Source of the DNA: an uncultured Lachnospiraceae bacterium
Lineage (GTDB): Bacteria; Bacillota; Clostridia; Lachnospirales; Lachnospiraceae
Assembly: GCA_945485625.1 (NCBI GenBank)
Contig: CALYSH010000001.1
Span: forward strand, 1-34,735
Direction: 5' to 3'
Length of the DNA: 34,735 nucleotides
Shown: positions 19,262 through 28,805 of the stretch, one piece after another
Position numbering within the stretch: position 1 is the stretch's first letter
How the letters are laid out: every line of letters starts with the position of its first letter
Notes under the pieces: model-generated
What the model was told of the DNA's origin: nothing
The model's database searches: none
The model's input: only the letters and a program-made list of their open reading frames with translations
Made by a program: the position numbers and the translations under genes

Positions 19262-20440
19262 TCATTCTTCTCTTATCTTACTAACAAATGATTCAAATGG
19301 CAATAGTCCATTAGAGAACGCCGTCCCAAAGGGTTCCGAAAAAGCTCTCACACGCTCCAGAATCCGCTCTGCTTCCTCACCGGTGGCCGGGGTAGGGCAA
19401 TAGTCATTCCGTTCATTTACGGAGCTGACTCTGCAGGGAATAATTTTTATCTCCGTCTCCTCCTGCTTTTCTCCGTTTACAAAAGTGAAGGTCTGCTGAA
19501 AAATCATGGTATCCTTATCCGAGGGATTCCGGTTGGCTCCAAAGCAGAAGTTTCCGAGACTGTACAGGATGTATTTCCCCTGATATTCCTCTATCCCCTG
19601 CAATACATGGGGATGATGCCCGATCACCAGGTCTGCCCCTAAGTCAATACATTTTCTTCCAAGCTCCTGCTGATAGGTTTCCGGGTAATTATCCTTTTCC
19701 GTCCCCCAGTGACAGCAGACCAGAATCAAATCCACTCCCTCTTCCTTTAAGGTATCCATACCGTCGGTAATAAACGCCTCTACTCTTTTTCCGTCAGATG
19801 CCTCATTCACCGATAAAAACCCTACCCGGATTCCTTCTTTTTCAAAATACCCGATATTGTCATCGTACGCATATGCAATATGTACGGACTCCAGTGCCTC
19901 TATGGTATCCCGCACCCCCTCAGCTCCGTAATCTGCCCTGTGATTATTCCCCATACTCACCGCCTCCACAGAGCCCTCCGTCAGAATCTGTACGTACTCC
20001 GGATCCCCTTTGATATTGTAGGTCCGGTTGGGGCGGTATTGCTCACTTAAGGTAAGGGCTCCCTCCAGATTCACAATGGTCAGATCGTCTGCCGCAAAGA
20101 TATCCCGCACATTTCCGAGAAAATACCCCGGATCTTTTTTTGAATCATACATCTGCCGAAAGGAGTAGGAATAATCCTGATCCTTATGATTTCCCAGACT
20201 GCAGTCCCCGGCGCAGGAAATGGTAAACGTCACCACTTCATCCTCTTGTGCTTCCTCCGGTTCCGGTTTGGTTTCCTCTTCCTTTTTCTGCATTGCCTCC
20301 AGAAGATCAGCCGACAGGGTATTCTCCACCACCTCCACTGCCTTGGGCGTACCTGTTCCCCCGCAGCCTGCCAGAAAACACATCGCCAGAAGCACCAAGA
20401 AACAAATGCCTTTCCTCTCCTGTATCCTCATATGGTACAT
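19262..20440 (-). CDS. CapA/PGA_cap-family metallophosphoesterase-like lipoprotein
   Basis: Lipobox LAGC; AGD, NLEG, GNNH, HWGTE, GHHPHVLQ, YSLGNF. Confidence 0.88.
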   Translation of the reverse strand: MYHMRIQERKGICFLVLLAMCFLAGCGGTGTPKAVEVVENTLSADLLEAMQKKEEETKPEPEEAQEDEVVTFTISCAGDCSLGNHKDQDYSYSFRQMYDSKKDPGYFLGNVRDIFAADDLTIVNLEGALTLSEQYRPNRTYNIKGDPEYVQILTEGSVEAVSMGNNHRADYGAEGVRDTIEALESVHIAYAYDDNIGYFEKEGIRVGFLSVNEASDGKRVEAFITDGMDTLKEEGVDLILVCCHWGTEKDNYPETYQQELGRKCIDLGADLVIGHHPHVLQGIEEYQGKYILYSLGNFCFGANRNPSDKDTMIFQQTFTFVNGEKQEETEIKIIPCRVSSVNERNDYCPTPATGEEAERILERVRAFSEPFGTAFSNGLLPFESFVSKIREE

Positions 20441-20487
20441 TTTTCCTTCCTAATTCAACCACCGTATTCTTTTGTCATACTAAGAAA

Positions 20488-20516
20488 ATTATGCGTTATC
20501 CGGGGCAAAAAGTCAA
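20488..20516 (-). promoter_or_regulatory. Sigma-A promoter upstream of the CapA-family gene
   Basis: TTGACT-N17-CATAAT. Confidence 0.65.
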
Positions 20517-20526
20517 GAAAACGCAG

Positions 20527-21558
20527 CTACTCGGAAAGACTTTGAAAGGATTGCCACACAATGATGAAGCCCAGGGGACCCAAAAGAATTCCGGGGAGTC
20601 CAAATAACCCGATACCTGCGTACAGGGAAATCAGAATAAAGATGGGAGACACCCCGATGCGTCCGCCGATGAGTCTGGGCTCCAACAGCTCCCGCAGGAA
20701 AATACACAGGATGTATAAGCCGATACAGACAGCTGCCCTTCCGTATGCTCCGCCGGATAGCTGCAAAACAGCGGCCGGGACCAAAATCACCCCGGTGCCG
20801 ATAAAGGGAAACGCATCCAGCACTCCCGCCAGAAGCCCCCAGAATGCACCCTGTCGAAATCCGCAAAAAGCCAACACCAGAGAGCACACTCCTCCAATCA
20901 AGGACAGAATGATAAACTGCGCTCTCACATAGGTGGCAATATACCTTATAATCCCACAGAGGATTTCCAGAAACACATGGCAGTCCTCTCTTGCAAGCAG
21001 CAGATTCATGATGCGGTCATAGTCCTTGGCCAGCAAAATCGTGGCAATCAGGAAAGTAGCCAGAAATCCTCCAAAAGCTACCATTCCCTTGGCATAATCC
21101 ATGGATTTCGACAACACACTGGGAAGAAGCTTTTCCTGCACAAAAGTCACTCCTTTTCCCAAACTGTTTTGCATCCATTCTTCCATGTAGTCCACATCCA
21201 GTCCAAGGCGTTTCCCCGCTGTTCCGCAAAATTCCAACAGGCGACCGGACAAATCCTGCTCCATGCGTTCCAACGTAGTCATCCACTCCGGGAAGCTCCC
21301 CACCATCCAGGAAAACAATACCCATAACAAAACAGCCAGAAGGCTGCCTGCCAGGAGTAATAAAGCCGCAGCCGCAAGTTGTCTGTGTATGCGAAGGCGT
21401 TTTTGCATATACTGCATGAGAGGACCGAAAATGGTAACAAATAACATGGCCAAAAGCACCGGAGCCAGCAACGGCACAATAAATTTGAGCAAAAAATATA
21501 CTGCCCCGATTAACAGGAGCAGTAATATCAACTTGTTTTCCTTGATTTTCCTCCACAT
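20527..21558 (-). CDS. AI-2E-family transporter / sporulation membrane protein YtvI-like
   Basis: Multi-TM protein; LDAFPFIGTG, RELLEPRLIGGRIGVSP, GILLGP. Confidence 0.85.
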   Translation of the reverse strand: MWRKIKENKLILLLLLIGAVYFLLKFIVPLLAPVLLAMLFVTIFGPLMQYMQKRLRIHRQLAAAALLLLAGSLLAVLLWVLFSWMVGSFPEWMTTLERMEQDLSGRLLEFCGTAGKRLGLDVDYMEEWMQNSLGKGVTFVQEKLLPSVLSKSMDYAKGMVAFGGFLATFLIATILLAKDYDRIMNLLLAREDCHVFLEILCGIIRYIATYVRAQFIILSLIGGVCSLVLAFCGFRQGAFWGLLAGVLDAFPFIGTGVILVPAAVLQLSGGAYGRAAVCIGLYILCIFLRELLEPRLIGGRIGVSPIFILISLYAGIGLFGLPGILLGPLGFIIVWQSFQSLSE

Positions 21559-21585
21559 ACGAACACCCTTTCATTTCAATCCGGT

Positions 21586-21616
21586 ATTAGTATGTGTACC
21601 TTTTTTCAAAATATGT
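21586..21616 (-). promoter_or_regulatory. Possible sporulation-sigma promoter for the ytvI-like gene
   Basis: CATA-N17-CATACTAAT resembles sigE/sigG-type elements; the specific sigma factor cannot be resolved. Confidence 0.35.
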
Positions 21617-22298
21617 TTCCAAACCCGCCACCAACCGGCTTGATTTCAAAATGAAGCTTCTTACCGGTCACCGGGTGTTGTAATGACATAGCAGAGGCGC
21701 ACAGAGCCACCTGCCGAATTCCATACTGTCTGCTTAATTCTGCGGACATTTCGTTTCCGTACTTCACATCCCCCAAAAGGGGGTAACCCGCGTGAGCCAT
21801 CTGGGCGCGAATCTGATGGAACCGTCCGGTCTGAAGCGTTACGTGAATCAGTGTCGTTCCCGGAAACGGAGGCGCTTCCTCCTTTACACAATAATGCAGC
21901 ACCGCACGCCTGGCATCCGGAAAACGCGCTTCCTCCCCGGTAACCACCTGCGCTCTGGAATCATTTCCCTTTCGAAGATAGTCTGTCAGAGTCTCTTCCC
22001 GGCACTCGGTCACGCCGCATACCACCGCGTCGTACTCCTTATTCAGATTATCCTTTGCCAGCTGCCCGGACAGGTGGGCCGCTGCTCTTTTATTCTTGGC
22101 GAACACCAACAGTCCTTCTACCGGCTGGTCCAGACGATGGATGACCCCAACATAAGAGTCCTCCCCCTTGGCGGCCAGGTAATTTTTTAGTTCACTCACC
22201 ACATCCATACTGCCAATCTGCCCGGTCTGTGTAGCCAGCCCGGCAGGCTTATGGATGACCATAATATCTTTATCCTCGTATATCACCTTGGTTCTCAC
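21606..22298 (-). CDS. RluA-family pseudouridine synthase
   Basis: HKPAGL, HRLDQPVEG, TGRFHQIRAQ; GTGA overlap with the upstream gene. Confidence 0.9.
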   Translation of the reverse strand: MRTKVIYEDKDIMVIHKPAGLATQTGQIGSMDVVSELKNYLAAKGEDSYVGVIHRLDQPVEGLLVFAKNKRAAAHLSGQLAKDNLNKEYDAVVCGVTECREETLTDYLRKGNDSRAQVVTGEEARFPDARRAVLHYCVKEEAPPFPGTTLIHVTLQTGRFHQIRAQMAHAGYPLLGDVKYGNEMSAELSRQYGIRQVALCASAMSLQHPVTGKKLHFEIKPVGGGFGNIF

Positions 22299-23623
22299 GG
22301 TTTTCTAAGTCCCTTCGGATAGTGATTTTTCATCTGATTTCCCGCAAGCTTTCCCCAGCCCAAGGAAAAGCCGTCCACACATATCCCATACCAGCCCTTC
22401 TCACCCTCTGCCGGGAAGGTCTGTCCATTCAGGTAATCGGTGCAGGTACGATCCGCAGACGCCAGATTCCGGGTATGCCGGAAATCCTTTTGCGAAAGAG
22501 CCAAAGCCAGAGCATGGGAAGGCTCGAAACGGTTCTTCTTGGCAAATCCAAGCTGCAATCCGGGGCGGAGCACACGAAGTCCCTTTAGGCCGGGAAGCAT
22601 GGCCGGTGCCAGATAGATGCTCTCCCCGAAGCCGATATATTTTGAATCGGGAAAGACTTCCCGAAGCGGTCGGGCAAGTGTCTCCTTTTCAAAGGAATAC
22701 CAATCCGGCAGCTTCCTCGAATCCAGCTCCTTTTCCAGCCCGTTCCCACTGATATGGTCTGTTGCCCTGTCACTACTGCCTTCCTTTTCAAACACTGCCA
22801 GGAAATGCCCCTCTCCCTTCACCCTGTGAGGATAAAGTCTTTCCCTCTCAATCAGGGTAAACTCAGGATGGCGCTCTAAGAAACGCTCCACACTTCCCTC
22901 GTTCTCCTGAGGTGCAAAGGTACAGGTAGAATACACCATACGCCCCCCGGGGCATAACATCTCTGCGGCACAGTCCAGGATAGCATCCTGTCTGGACGCA
23001 CACAGCTCCACATTTTCCGGGCTCCACTCCTCTATGGCACCCTCATTCTTCCGAAACATCCCTTCCCCGGAGCAGGGCGCATCCACCAGGATTCTATTGA
23101 AGTACACCGGGAAAACCTTCGCCAAATGCTCCGGTGTTTCATTGCAGACGCAGGCATTCCATATGCCCATCCGCTCCACATTTTCGGAAAGGATCCTGGC
23201 TCTTGCCGGATGAATTTCGTTGCACAAAAGCATGCCCTTTCCATCCAGCTTCGCTGCAATCTGGGTACTCTTTCCACCGGGCGCCGCACATAAATCCAAC
23301 ACCACATCCCCGGGCTCTACATTCAGCTTCTCCACCGGTGCCATTGCACTGGGCTCCTGAATATAGTACACCCCGGCCTCATGGTATGGATGCTTTCCCG
23401 GCTGCTTATCCCCTGGATAGTAATATCCGTTCTGCGCCCAGGGCACCCTCTCCAAGTCAAAAAGAGCGGTCAGGACATCTGCCACATCCTCTCCACTCTC
23501 CGATTTTTTCAATGTATTGATACGAAGCGCCTGATAACGCTCCCTGTCATAGCTTTCCAAAAATGCCGGGAATTCCTCCCCAAGCATTTCCTCCATCCGT
23601 TTTAAAAACTGCTCCGGAAGCAT
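22295..23623 (-). CDS. rsmF: RsmF/RsmB-family RNA m5C methyltransferase
   Basis: YYIQEPSAM, DLCAAPGGKS, DAPCSGEG, YSTCTF; C-terminal KNHYPKGLR. Confidence 0.88.
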   Translation of the reverse strand: MLPEQFLKRMEEMLGEEFPAFLESYDRERYQALRINTLKKSESGEDVADVLTALFDLERVPWAQNGYYYPGDKQPGKHPYHEAGVYYIQEPSAMAPVEKLNVEPGDVVLDLCAAPGGKSTQIAAKLDGKGMLLCNEIHPARARILSENVERMGIWNACVCNETPEHLAKVFPVYFNRILVDAPCSGEGMFRKNEGAIEEWSPENVELCASRQDAILDCAAEMLCPGGRMVYSTCTFAPQENEGSVERFLERHPEFTLIERERLYPHRVKGEGHFLAVFEKEGSSDRATDHISGNGLEKELDSRKLPDWYSFEKETLARPLREVFPDSKYIGFGESIYLAPAMLPGLKGLRVLRPGLQLGFAKKNRFEPSHALALALSQKDFRHTRNLASADRTCTDYLNGQTFPAEGEKGWYGICVDGFSLGWGKLAGNQMKNHYPKGLRKP

Positions 23624-23648
23624 GCTCTTCTCCTCTTACGGTCAATCC

Positions 23649-24053
23649 TTACAGTACGGAAAAGCCCTTGCCGCACAGACAATTCTTCACCTCTCCCGCA
23701 TCCTCACAATGGAACACCATGATGGGCTTTCCGGAATCTCTGTTGAAGGACAGGTACAGATAATCCACATTGATATTGCTCTCCTGAAGAGTCAGAAGCA
23801 AATGATTCAGATTACCTACCTCATCCTCTACCTCTACACCGATTACGTCTACCAGCTTGCAGATATATCCCGCCTTGGTCAATGCATCATATGCCTTCTC
23901 CGGGGCGGACACTACCATACGGATGATACCGTACTCTGCACTATCGTTGGTTACAGACCCCAGAATATTGATTTCCTGCTCCAGAAGAATACCGGTAATC
24001 TTCTGCATGGTACCCTTTTTATTTTCCGCATAAATCGATACTTGTTTTAACAT
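23649..24053 (-). CDS. Tandem ACT-domain protein
   Basis: QVSIYAENKKG...YGIIRMVV and EDEVGNL...NVDYLY; ATG 24053 after GAGAGG. Confidence 0.85.
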   Translation of the reverse strand: MLKQVSIYAENKKGTMQKITGILLEQEINILGSVTNDSAEYGIIRMVVSAPEKAYDALTKAGYICKLVDVIGVEVEDEVGNLNHLLLTLQESNINVDYLYLSFNRDSGKPIMVFHCEDAGEVKNCLCGKGFSVL

Positions 24054-24082
24054 AACATCAGAATCCTCTCTTTCCGAAGTAC

Positions 24083-24111
24083 ATTGTACGGGGTTTACCA
24101 AAAGAAGTCAA
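24083..24111 (-). promoter_or_regulatory. Sigma-A promoter for ACT-rsmF-rluA
   Basis: TTGACT-N17-TACAAT. Confidence 0.75.
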
Positions 24112-24120
24112 CCGAAAGTG

Positions 24121-24825
24121 CTAAATCTTAAAGCGGTAACCCACGCCCCAGATGGTCTCAATGTACTCCGGCTTGGAGCTGTCCTTCTCAATCTTTTCGC
24201 GTATTTTTTTAATATGCACGGTTACGGTTGCAATATCTCCGATGGAATCCATATCCCAGATCTCCCGGAACAATTCATCCTTGGTAAATACATGATTGGG
24301 ATGCTCTGCCAGGAAGGTCAGCAAATCGAACTCCTTGGTGGTAAAGGTTCTCTCCACACCATCCACATAGACACGGCGGGCCGTTTTATCAATGCGGATT
24401 CCACGAATCTCCACCATTTCGTTCTGAGGCTTCTGGGTTCCCACCAGTCTCTCGTAACGGGCCATATGTGCTTTCACTCTGGCTACCAGCTCACTGGGAC
24501 TGAAGGGCTTGGTCATATAGTCATCTGCTCCAAGGCCTAAGCCTCTGATTTTATCAATATCATCCTTCTTTGCAGAAACCATGAGAATGGGAATATCCTT
24601 CTCTTCACGAATACGCCTGCACACCTCAAAGCCGTCCAAGCCGGGAAGCATCAAATCCAGAATCACCAGGTCATAATTTCCCTTCAGCGCTGCCTCCAAT
24701 CCCTCGTCACCGGTATTGCAAATATCCACTGTAAAATCGCTCAATTCCAGATAGTCCTTCTCCAAATCTGCAATTGCCACTTCATCCTCAACGATTAATA
24801 TCTTATTCACAACTTTTCCCTCCAT
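24121..24825 (-). CDS. OmpR/PhoB-family response regulator
   Basis: ILIVEDE, LDLMLPGLDG, GADDYMTKPF; winged helix TVWGVGY-like (TIWGVGYRF). Confidence 0.95.
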   Translation of the reverse strand: MEGKVVNKILIVEDEVAIADLEKDYLELSDFTVDICNTGDEGLEAALKGNYDLVILDLMLPGLDGFEVCRRIREEKDIPILMVSAKKDDIDKIRGLGLGADDYMTKPFSPSELVARVKAHMARYERLVGTQKPQNEMVEIRGIRIDKTARRVYVDGVERTFTTKEFDLLTFLAEHPNHVFTKDELFREIWDMDSIGDIATVTVHIKKIREKIEKDSSKPEYIETIWGVGYRFKI

Positions 24826-26309
24826 TATTGTGCATTATGATTCAGGTCTATATATTTACGAAGTACAAAGTGAATACAGGTCCCTTCCCCTTCCTTGGAG
24901 GTGGCCCAAACATATCCGCCGTGATCTTCTATGATCTTTTTTACGATGGAAAGTCCGATACCGCTGCCTCCCTGTGCGGAATTTCTGGAAGCATCGGAAC
25001 GATAAAACCGTTCAAATACCTTCTGCAGATCCTTCTGCGGTATCCCTTTTCCGTTATCGGCGATTTCCACCCGGATGGAATCCTGCTCATCCAGAATCCG
25101 GATATCGATAACACCCTGGCTCTTGTCCATGTATTTCACACTGTTGCTGATAATGTTATTGATTACCTTTTTCATCTGCTCCGGATCCGCAATGACAATG
25201 GTTTCCTCCTGAAGCAGATTGGAGTAATTGAGCCGGATATTATGGGCCTCCAGATCCAGCCCCACCTCTTCCACACAATCTCCGAAATAATCCGATACAT
25301 TAATCTGTCGGAAATTGTAGGGAATCCTATCATTGTCTATATGGGAATATACCGTCAGCTCATTAATCAGCCGGTCCATATCGTTAGCCTTGCTGTAAAT
25401 GGTCTTAATATAACGGTCCATCTTGTCCGGAGAATCCGCCACACCATCCATGATTCCTTCCACATAACCCTTAATTGCGGTGATAGGGGTCTTTAAATCA
25501 TGGGAAATATTACTTACCAGCTCCTTATTTCGCTTTTCCTGCTCCTCCTTCTCCAGTGCGGATTCCTTCAGGCGCAGTCTCATATCCTCGTAATTACGAT
25601 ACAAATCACCGATTTCGCCACCCGAATTGGTCTGCAATGCATAATCCAGGTTGCCGGACTTAATCTTTTTCATGGCTTCATTCAATTCATTGATTGGAGT
25701 AAACACACCCTTGTGGATCCAACCGGTCAGCATCGCACTGGTAAATACCAGGATTACAATGATTGCAATAAACATGGAGTAAAGAAGCTTTTTCGATATC
25801 AGATTGTTTAATCTGGTCACAACAAAAATCGATCCTTCACTTCCGTCTGAAAACCGGAAATCAATCTGTTTTACATATTTCTGCTCCCGGTCGATGTACA
25901 AACCATTATCCCCGGGCAGCCCATCCTCCCCAAATTGGGGCAGTTCCTCAAAAATACGCTTCGCAGCCTCGGGATTTCCGGCATAATAAATCTGATCATC
26001 CTTTCTCACCAGAAGATAAGTAAACTTTCTGGCGATTTTGGAATTCACATCCTCCAGGTAATGAATATCCTCAAAGGGATGTACATCCACAGCAGCCTGT
26101 TCTTTCAGGTAATCATATACCTGGTCATTGGAATAAATGAATTCCTCAATACTCTCCGACATCATGGAATAGTCCATCTCACGGAATCCAAGCCCTTTGT
26201 CCATATTCACCAGGTAGAAACCGATTGCCACAAAAGCCAACACCGTGAGAAGTAAGGGTAAACCAATCATAGCAGCAAAGGTAACCCGAAGTCTGGTCTT
26301 TAGCTTCAT
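24825..26309 (-). CDS. HAMP-domain sensor histidine kinase
   Basis: Two TM helices, HAMP, SHDLKTP H-box, NIISNSVKY, DNGKG, GSGIGL; start ATG 26309 after AGAGGG. Confidence 0.95.
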   Translation of the reverse strand: MKLKTRLRVTFAAMIGLPLLLTVLAFVAIGFYLVNMDKGLGFREMDYSMMSESIEEFIYSNDQVYDYLKEQAAVDVHPFEDIHYLEDVNSKIARKFTYLLVRKDDQIYYAGNPEAAKRIFEELPQFGEDGLPGDNGLYIDREQKYVKQIDFRFSDGSEGSIFVVTRLNNLISKKLLYSMFIAIIVILVFTSAMLTGWIHKGVFTPINELNEAMKKIKSGNLDYALQTNSGGEIGDLYRNYEDMRLRLKESALEKEEQEKRNKELVSNISHDLKTPITAIKGYVEGIMDGVADSPDKMDRYIKTIYSKANDMDRLINELTVYSHIDNDRIPYNFRQINVSDYFGDCVEEVGLDLEAHNIRLNYSNLLQEETIVIADPEQMKKVINNIISNSVKYMDKSQGVIDIRILDEQDSIRVEIADNGKGIPQKDLQKVFERFYRSDASRNSAQGGSGIGLSIVKKIIEDHGGYVWATSKEGEGTCIHFVLRKYIDLNHNAQ

Positions 26310-26474
26310 CTCTGTCCCTCTTTTTGTTCTGTCATCATTCTTAGCTTGTATTTTACCACAGATTGATTCAAAATCCATAAAAACTATGGAAAATACAATT
26401 AAAAATTTCTAAAAAGATATCCTTTCAGATATCATAAAAGCATTGAAAATACATGAAAACGGCAGGGAACTACA

Positions 26475-26503
26475 TTGTCTTTCTCCCCAATATAGACTAT
26501 AAT
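26475..26503 (+). promoter_or_regulatory. Sigma-A promoter for the esterase-GH20 cassette
   Basis: TTGTCT-N17-TATAAT. Confidence 0.75.
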
Positions 26504-26598
26504 GTGATTTGTGGGATTGTGAGAGTACGAAGTACGAACAATCCGCAGGTATCATCATACACAAAATATCCAAGAAAAAACCGAATGAGAGGTGTTGT

Positions 26599-27681
26599 AT
26601 GAAAAAAATACTGTTAAATCATGAGAATATAAAAGAAATCGGTCGGAATCACACCATAAACAATATACTGTGGCTGGCTCTCTCCGGTTCAGGAATCGCT
26701 TTTGAATATACCGGAAAGGAATTGAATATCACTGTTCTGGGCGGATATATTGCGACAGCAGACCATGACCCATTGAATCACGCCAGAATTGCCTTCTATA
26801 TAAATGACGTCCGTGTCATAAACGACATGGTGAACTACAAAGAAAAGACCTATCGGGTATTTCAGTCCGATACTGTTCAGACCGTATCCGTAAAAGTTTT
26901 GAAGCTTTCCGAAGCAGCCATGTCTGTTCTGGGTATCCGTCCTTTGGAAATCGGTGATGAAGAAACCATTGTCCCTGCTCCGAAGAAGGAGCATTTGATT
27001 GAATTTATCGGGGATTCCATTACCTGCGGATATGGTGTGGATGACGAGGATCCCCTTCATCCCTTCACCACCAACACGGAAGATGTCACCAGAGCCTATG
27101 CTTACAAAACAGCTATGGCCCTGAATGCAGATTACAGCATGTGCTCCTACAGCGGATATGGTATCATTTCCGGCTATGTGGCAGAGCCTACCGAGAAGCT
27201 TCTCTCCCAACTGGTACCAAAATACTACGAATCCTTCGCCTTCAGCGATGATACCCTGGGTGTTACTCCGGACGAATTCATCCGTCCCGCCGAGGTTCCC
27301 TGGGATTTCAACCGCATCCGTCCGGAGGCCATTGTGGTAAACCTGGGAACAAACGATGACAGCTACTGCCAGGATGAAGCTTCCAGGCAGGAGGAATACG
27401 CGGAAGAATATGTGCGCTTTTTAAAGACCATCCGCAAAAACAATCCGGATGCAGAGCTGTTCTGCGTTTTAGGCCTGATGGGCGATCGCCTATTCCCTTA
27501 TGTTTGCAAGGCATGCGGAACATACATAATTGAGACAGGTGATACCCGTGTTCATCCGCTTCACCTGCCCCCTCAGGATGGCAGCATCGGTTACGTATCC
27601 GACTATCATCCTTTGGAATCCGCTCATCAGAAAGCAGCGGATTACCTGGCACCGGAAATCAAAAAGATTATGTGTTGGTAA
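26599..27681 (+). CDS. SGNH/GDSL carbohydrate esterase, CE2-like
   Basis: N-terminal beta-rich domain; FIGDSITCGYG, YSGYG, NLGTND, DYHP; GAGG RBS; no signal peptide. Confidence 0.85.
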   Translation: MKKILLNHENIKEIGRNHTINNILWLALSGSGIAFEYTGKELNITVLGGYIATADHDPLNHARIAFYINDVRVINDMVNYKEKTYRVFQSDTVQTVSVKVLKLSEAAMSVLGIRPLEIGDEETIVPAPKKEHLIEFIGDSITCGYGVDDEDPLHPFTTNTEDVTRAYAYKTAMALNADYSMCSYSGYGIISGYVAEPTEKLLSQLVPKYYESFAFSDDTLGVTPDEFIRPAEVPWDFNRIRPEAIVVNLGTNDDSYCQDEASRQEEYAEEYVRFLKTIRKNNPDAELFCVLGLMGDRLFPYVCKACGTYIIETGDTRVHPLHLPPQDGSIGYVSDYHPLESAHQKAADYLAPEIKKIMCW

Positions 27682-27703
27682 TTTAAAAAAGGGGGAATCG
27701 ACC

Positions 27704-28747
27704 ATGAAATCCATAAAAGCCTTTCATATTGATGCCGGAAGGAAATATTATTCAAAGGAACAGCTTCAGGACTTAATTGATGTCATGAGTGAGAATGATT
27801 TCAATCTGCTGGAACTGACTGTCGGAAACGATGGTTTTCGAATGCTGCTGGATGATCTGACACTTAAAACACCTTATGGTGCATATACCGATGAAGCGGT
27901 TCGAAGTGCCCTCCGCCAAGGCAATCTGCGCTACTGTGACAACGGAACAAATGAACTGACAGAAACAGAGGTCTCCGCTTTAATCGATTATGCTAATCAA
28001 AAAGGGATTGGTGTCATGCCTCTGATTAACTCTCCCGGACACATGGATGCCATTCTTACCGCCATGAGCGAACTTGGAATCCCCAATCCCGCCTATAGAA
28101 ATTCAGCTACCACCGTTGATTTAGACAACCCGGAGGCAGTAGCTTTTACCTTGGAATTGTTAAAAAAATATATCCGGTGGTTCGCAGAAAAAGGTTGTAT
28201 ATACTTTAATCTCGGCAGTGACGAGTATGCCAACGATGTTCTTTCCTCCGGATTTGCTTCCCTGCAAAATAGTTCACATTATGAATATGATAAGTTTATT
28301 TCCTATGTGAATACCGTTGCTGCCTTCATCAAGGAATCCGGAATGATTCCCGTCATGTTCAATGATGGAGTCTATTATAACAAGGATCTCTCAGGCGGAA
28401 TCCTGGACAAGGAAATAGTAGTCTCCTATTGGAGTTTTGGCTGGCCTTCTTATGACCTTGCTCCTGTTGAGTTTGTGGAAGCACAGGGACATAAGATTCT
28501 GGATACCTCTGCCTCCTGGTATTACGTACTGGGCCGCACTGAGGGGGATGGTGGAAATCAGGACTTTACCTACCAGTCCTCTTTGAAAGCTATGGAGAAC
28601 TCCACAAGCCCTGTGGCATCTTCCATGAAAGAAACCGCACCCATCGGAAGTATGTTCTGCCTCTGGTCAGATGCCCCAACGGTTCCTTATAACGAAATCG
28701 AGGTGGAAAGATTGCACAAACTGCTTTCCTCCTTCCACCCGCAATAA
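27704..28747 (+). CDS. GH20 beta-N-acetylhexosaminidase catalytic domain (StrH-like)
   Basis: IDAGRKYYS, INSPGHMDAIL, LGSDEYAND (catalytic DE), WYYVLG; GGGGG RBS before ATG 27704. Confidence 0.88.
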   Translation: MKSIKAFHIDAGRKYYSKEQLQDLIDVMSENDFNLLELTVGNDGFRMLLDDLTLKTPYGAYTDEAVRSALRQGNLRYCDNGTNELTETEVSALIDYANQKGIGVMPLINSPGHMDAILTAMSELGIPNPAYRNSATTVDLDNPEAVAFTLELLKKYIRWFAEKGCIYFNLGSDEYANDVLSSGFASLQNSSHYEYDKFISYVNTVAAFIKESGMIPVMFNDGVYYNKDLSGGILDKEIVVSYWSFGWPSYDLAPVEFVEAQGHKILDTSASWYYVLGRTEGDGGNQDFTYQSSLKAMENSTSPVASSMKETAPIGSMFCLWSDAPTVPYNEIEVERLHKLLSSFHPQ

Positions 28748-28805
28748 GTCCTGATTTACTTAAAAGAGAATGTATGGGATGTGTTCTTTTACGGACTATC
28801 CCTCA

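Noticed and set aside
24774-25496. 240-aa plus-strand ORF, and similar shadows over proS, VanW, galK and the esterase
   Set aside because: Antisense to well-supported genes.
27530-27703. N-terminal extension of GH20 overlapping the esterase, suggesting a frameshift fusion
   Set aside because: Clear RBS and ATG at 27704; the esterase ends normally after its catalytic His.
28747-28797. Imperfect inverted repeat between the GH20 and lipoprotein stops
   Set aside because: AT-rich and bulged; too weak to call a terminator.
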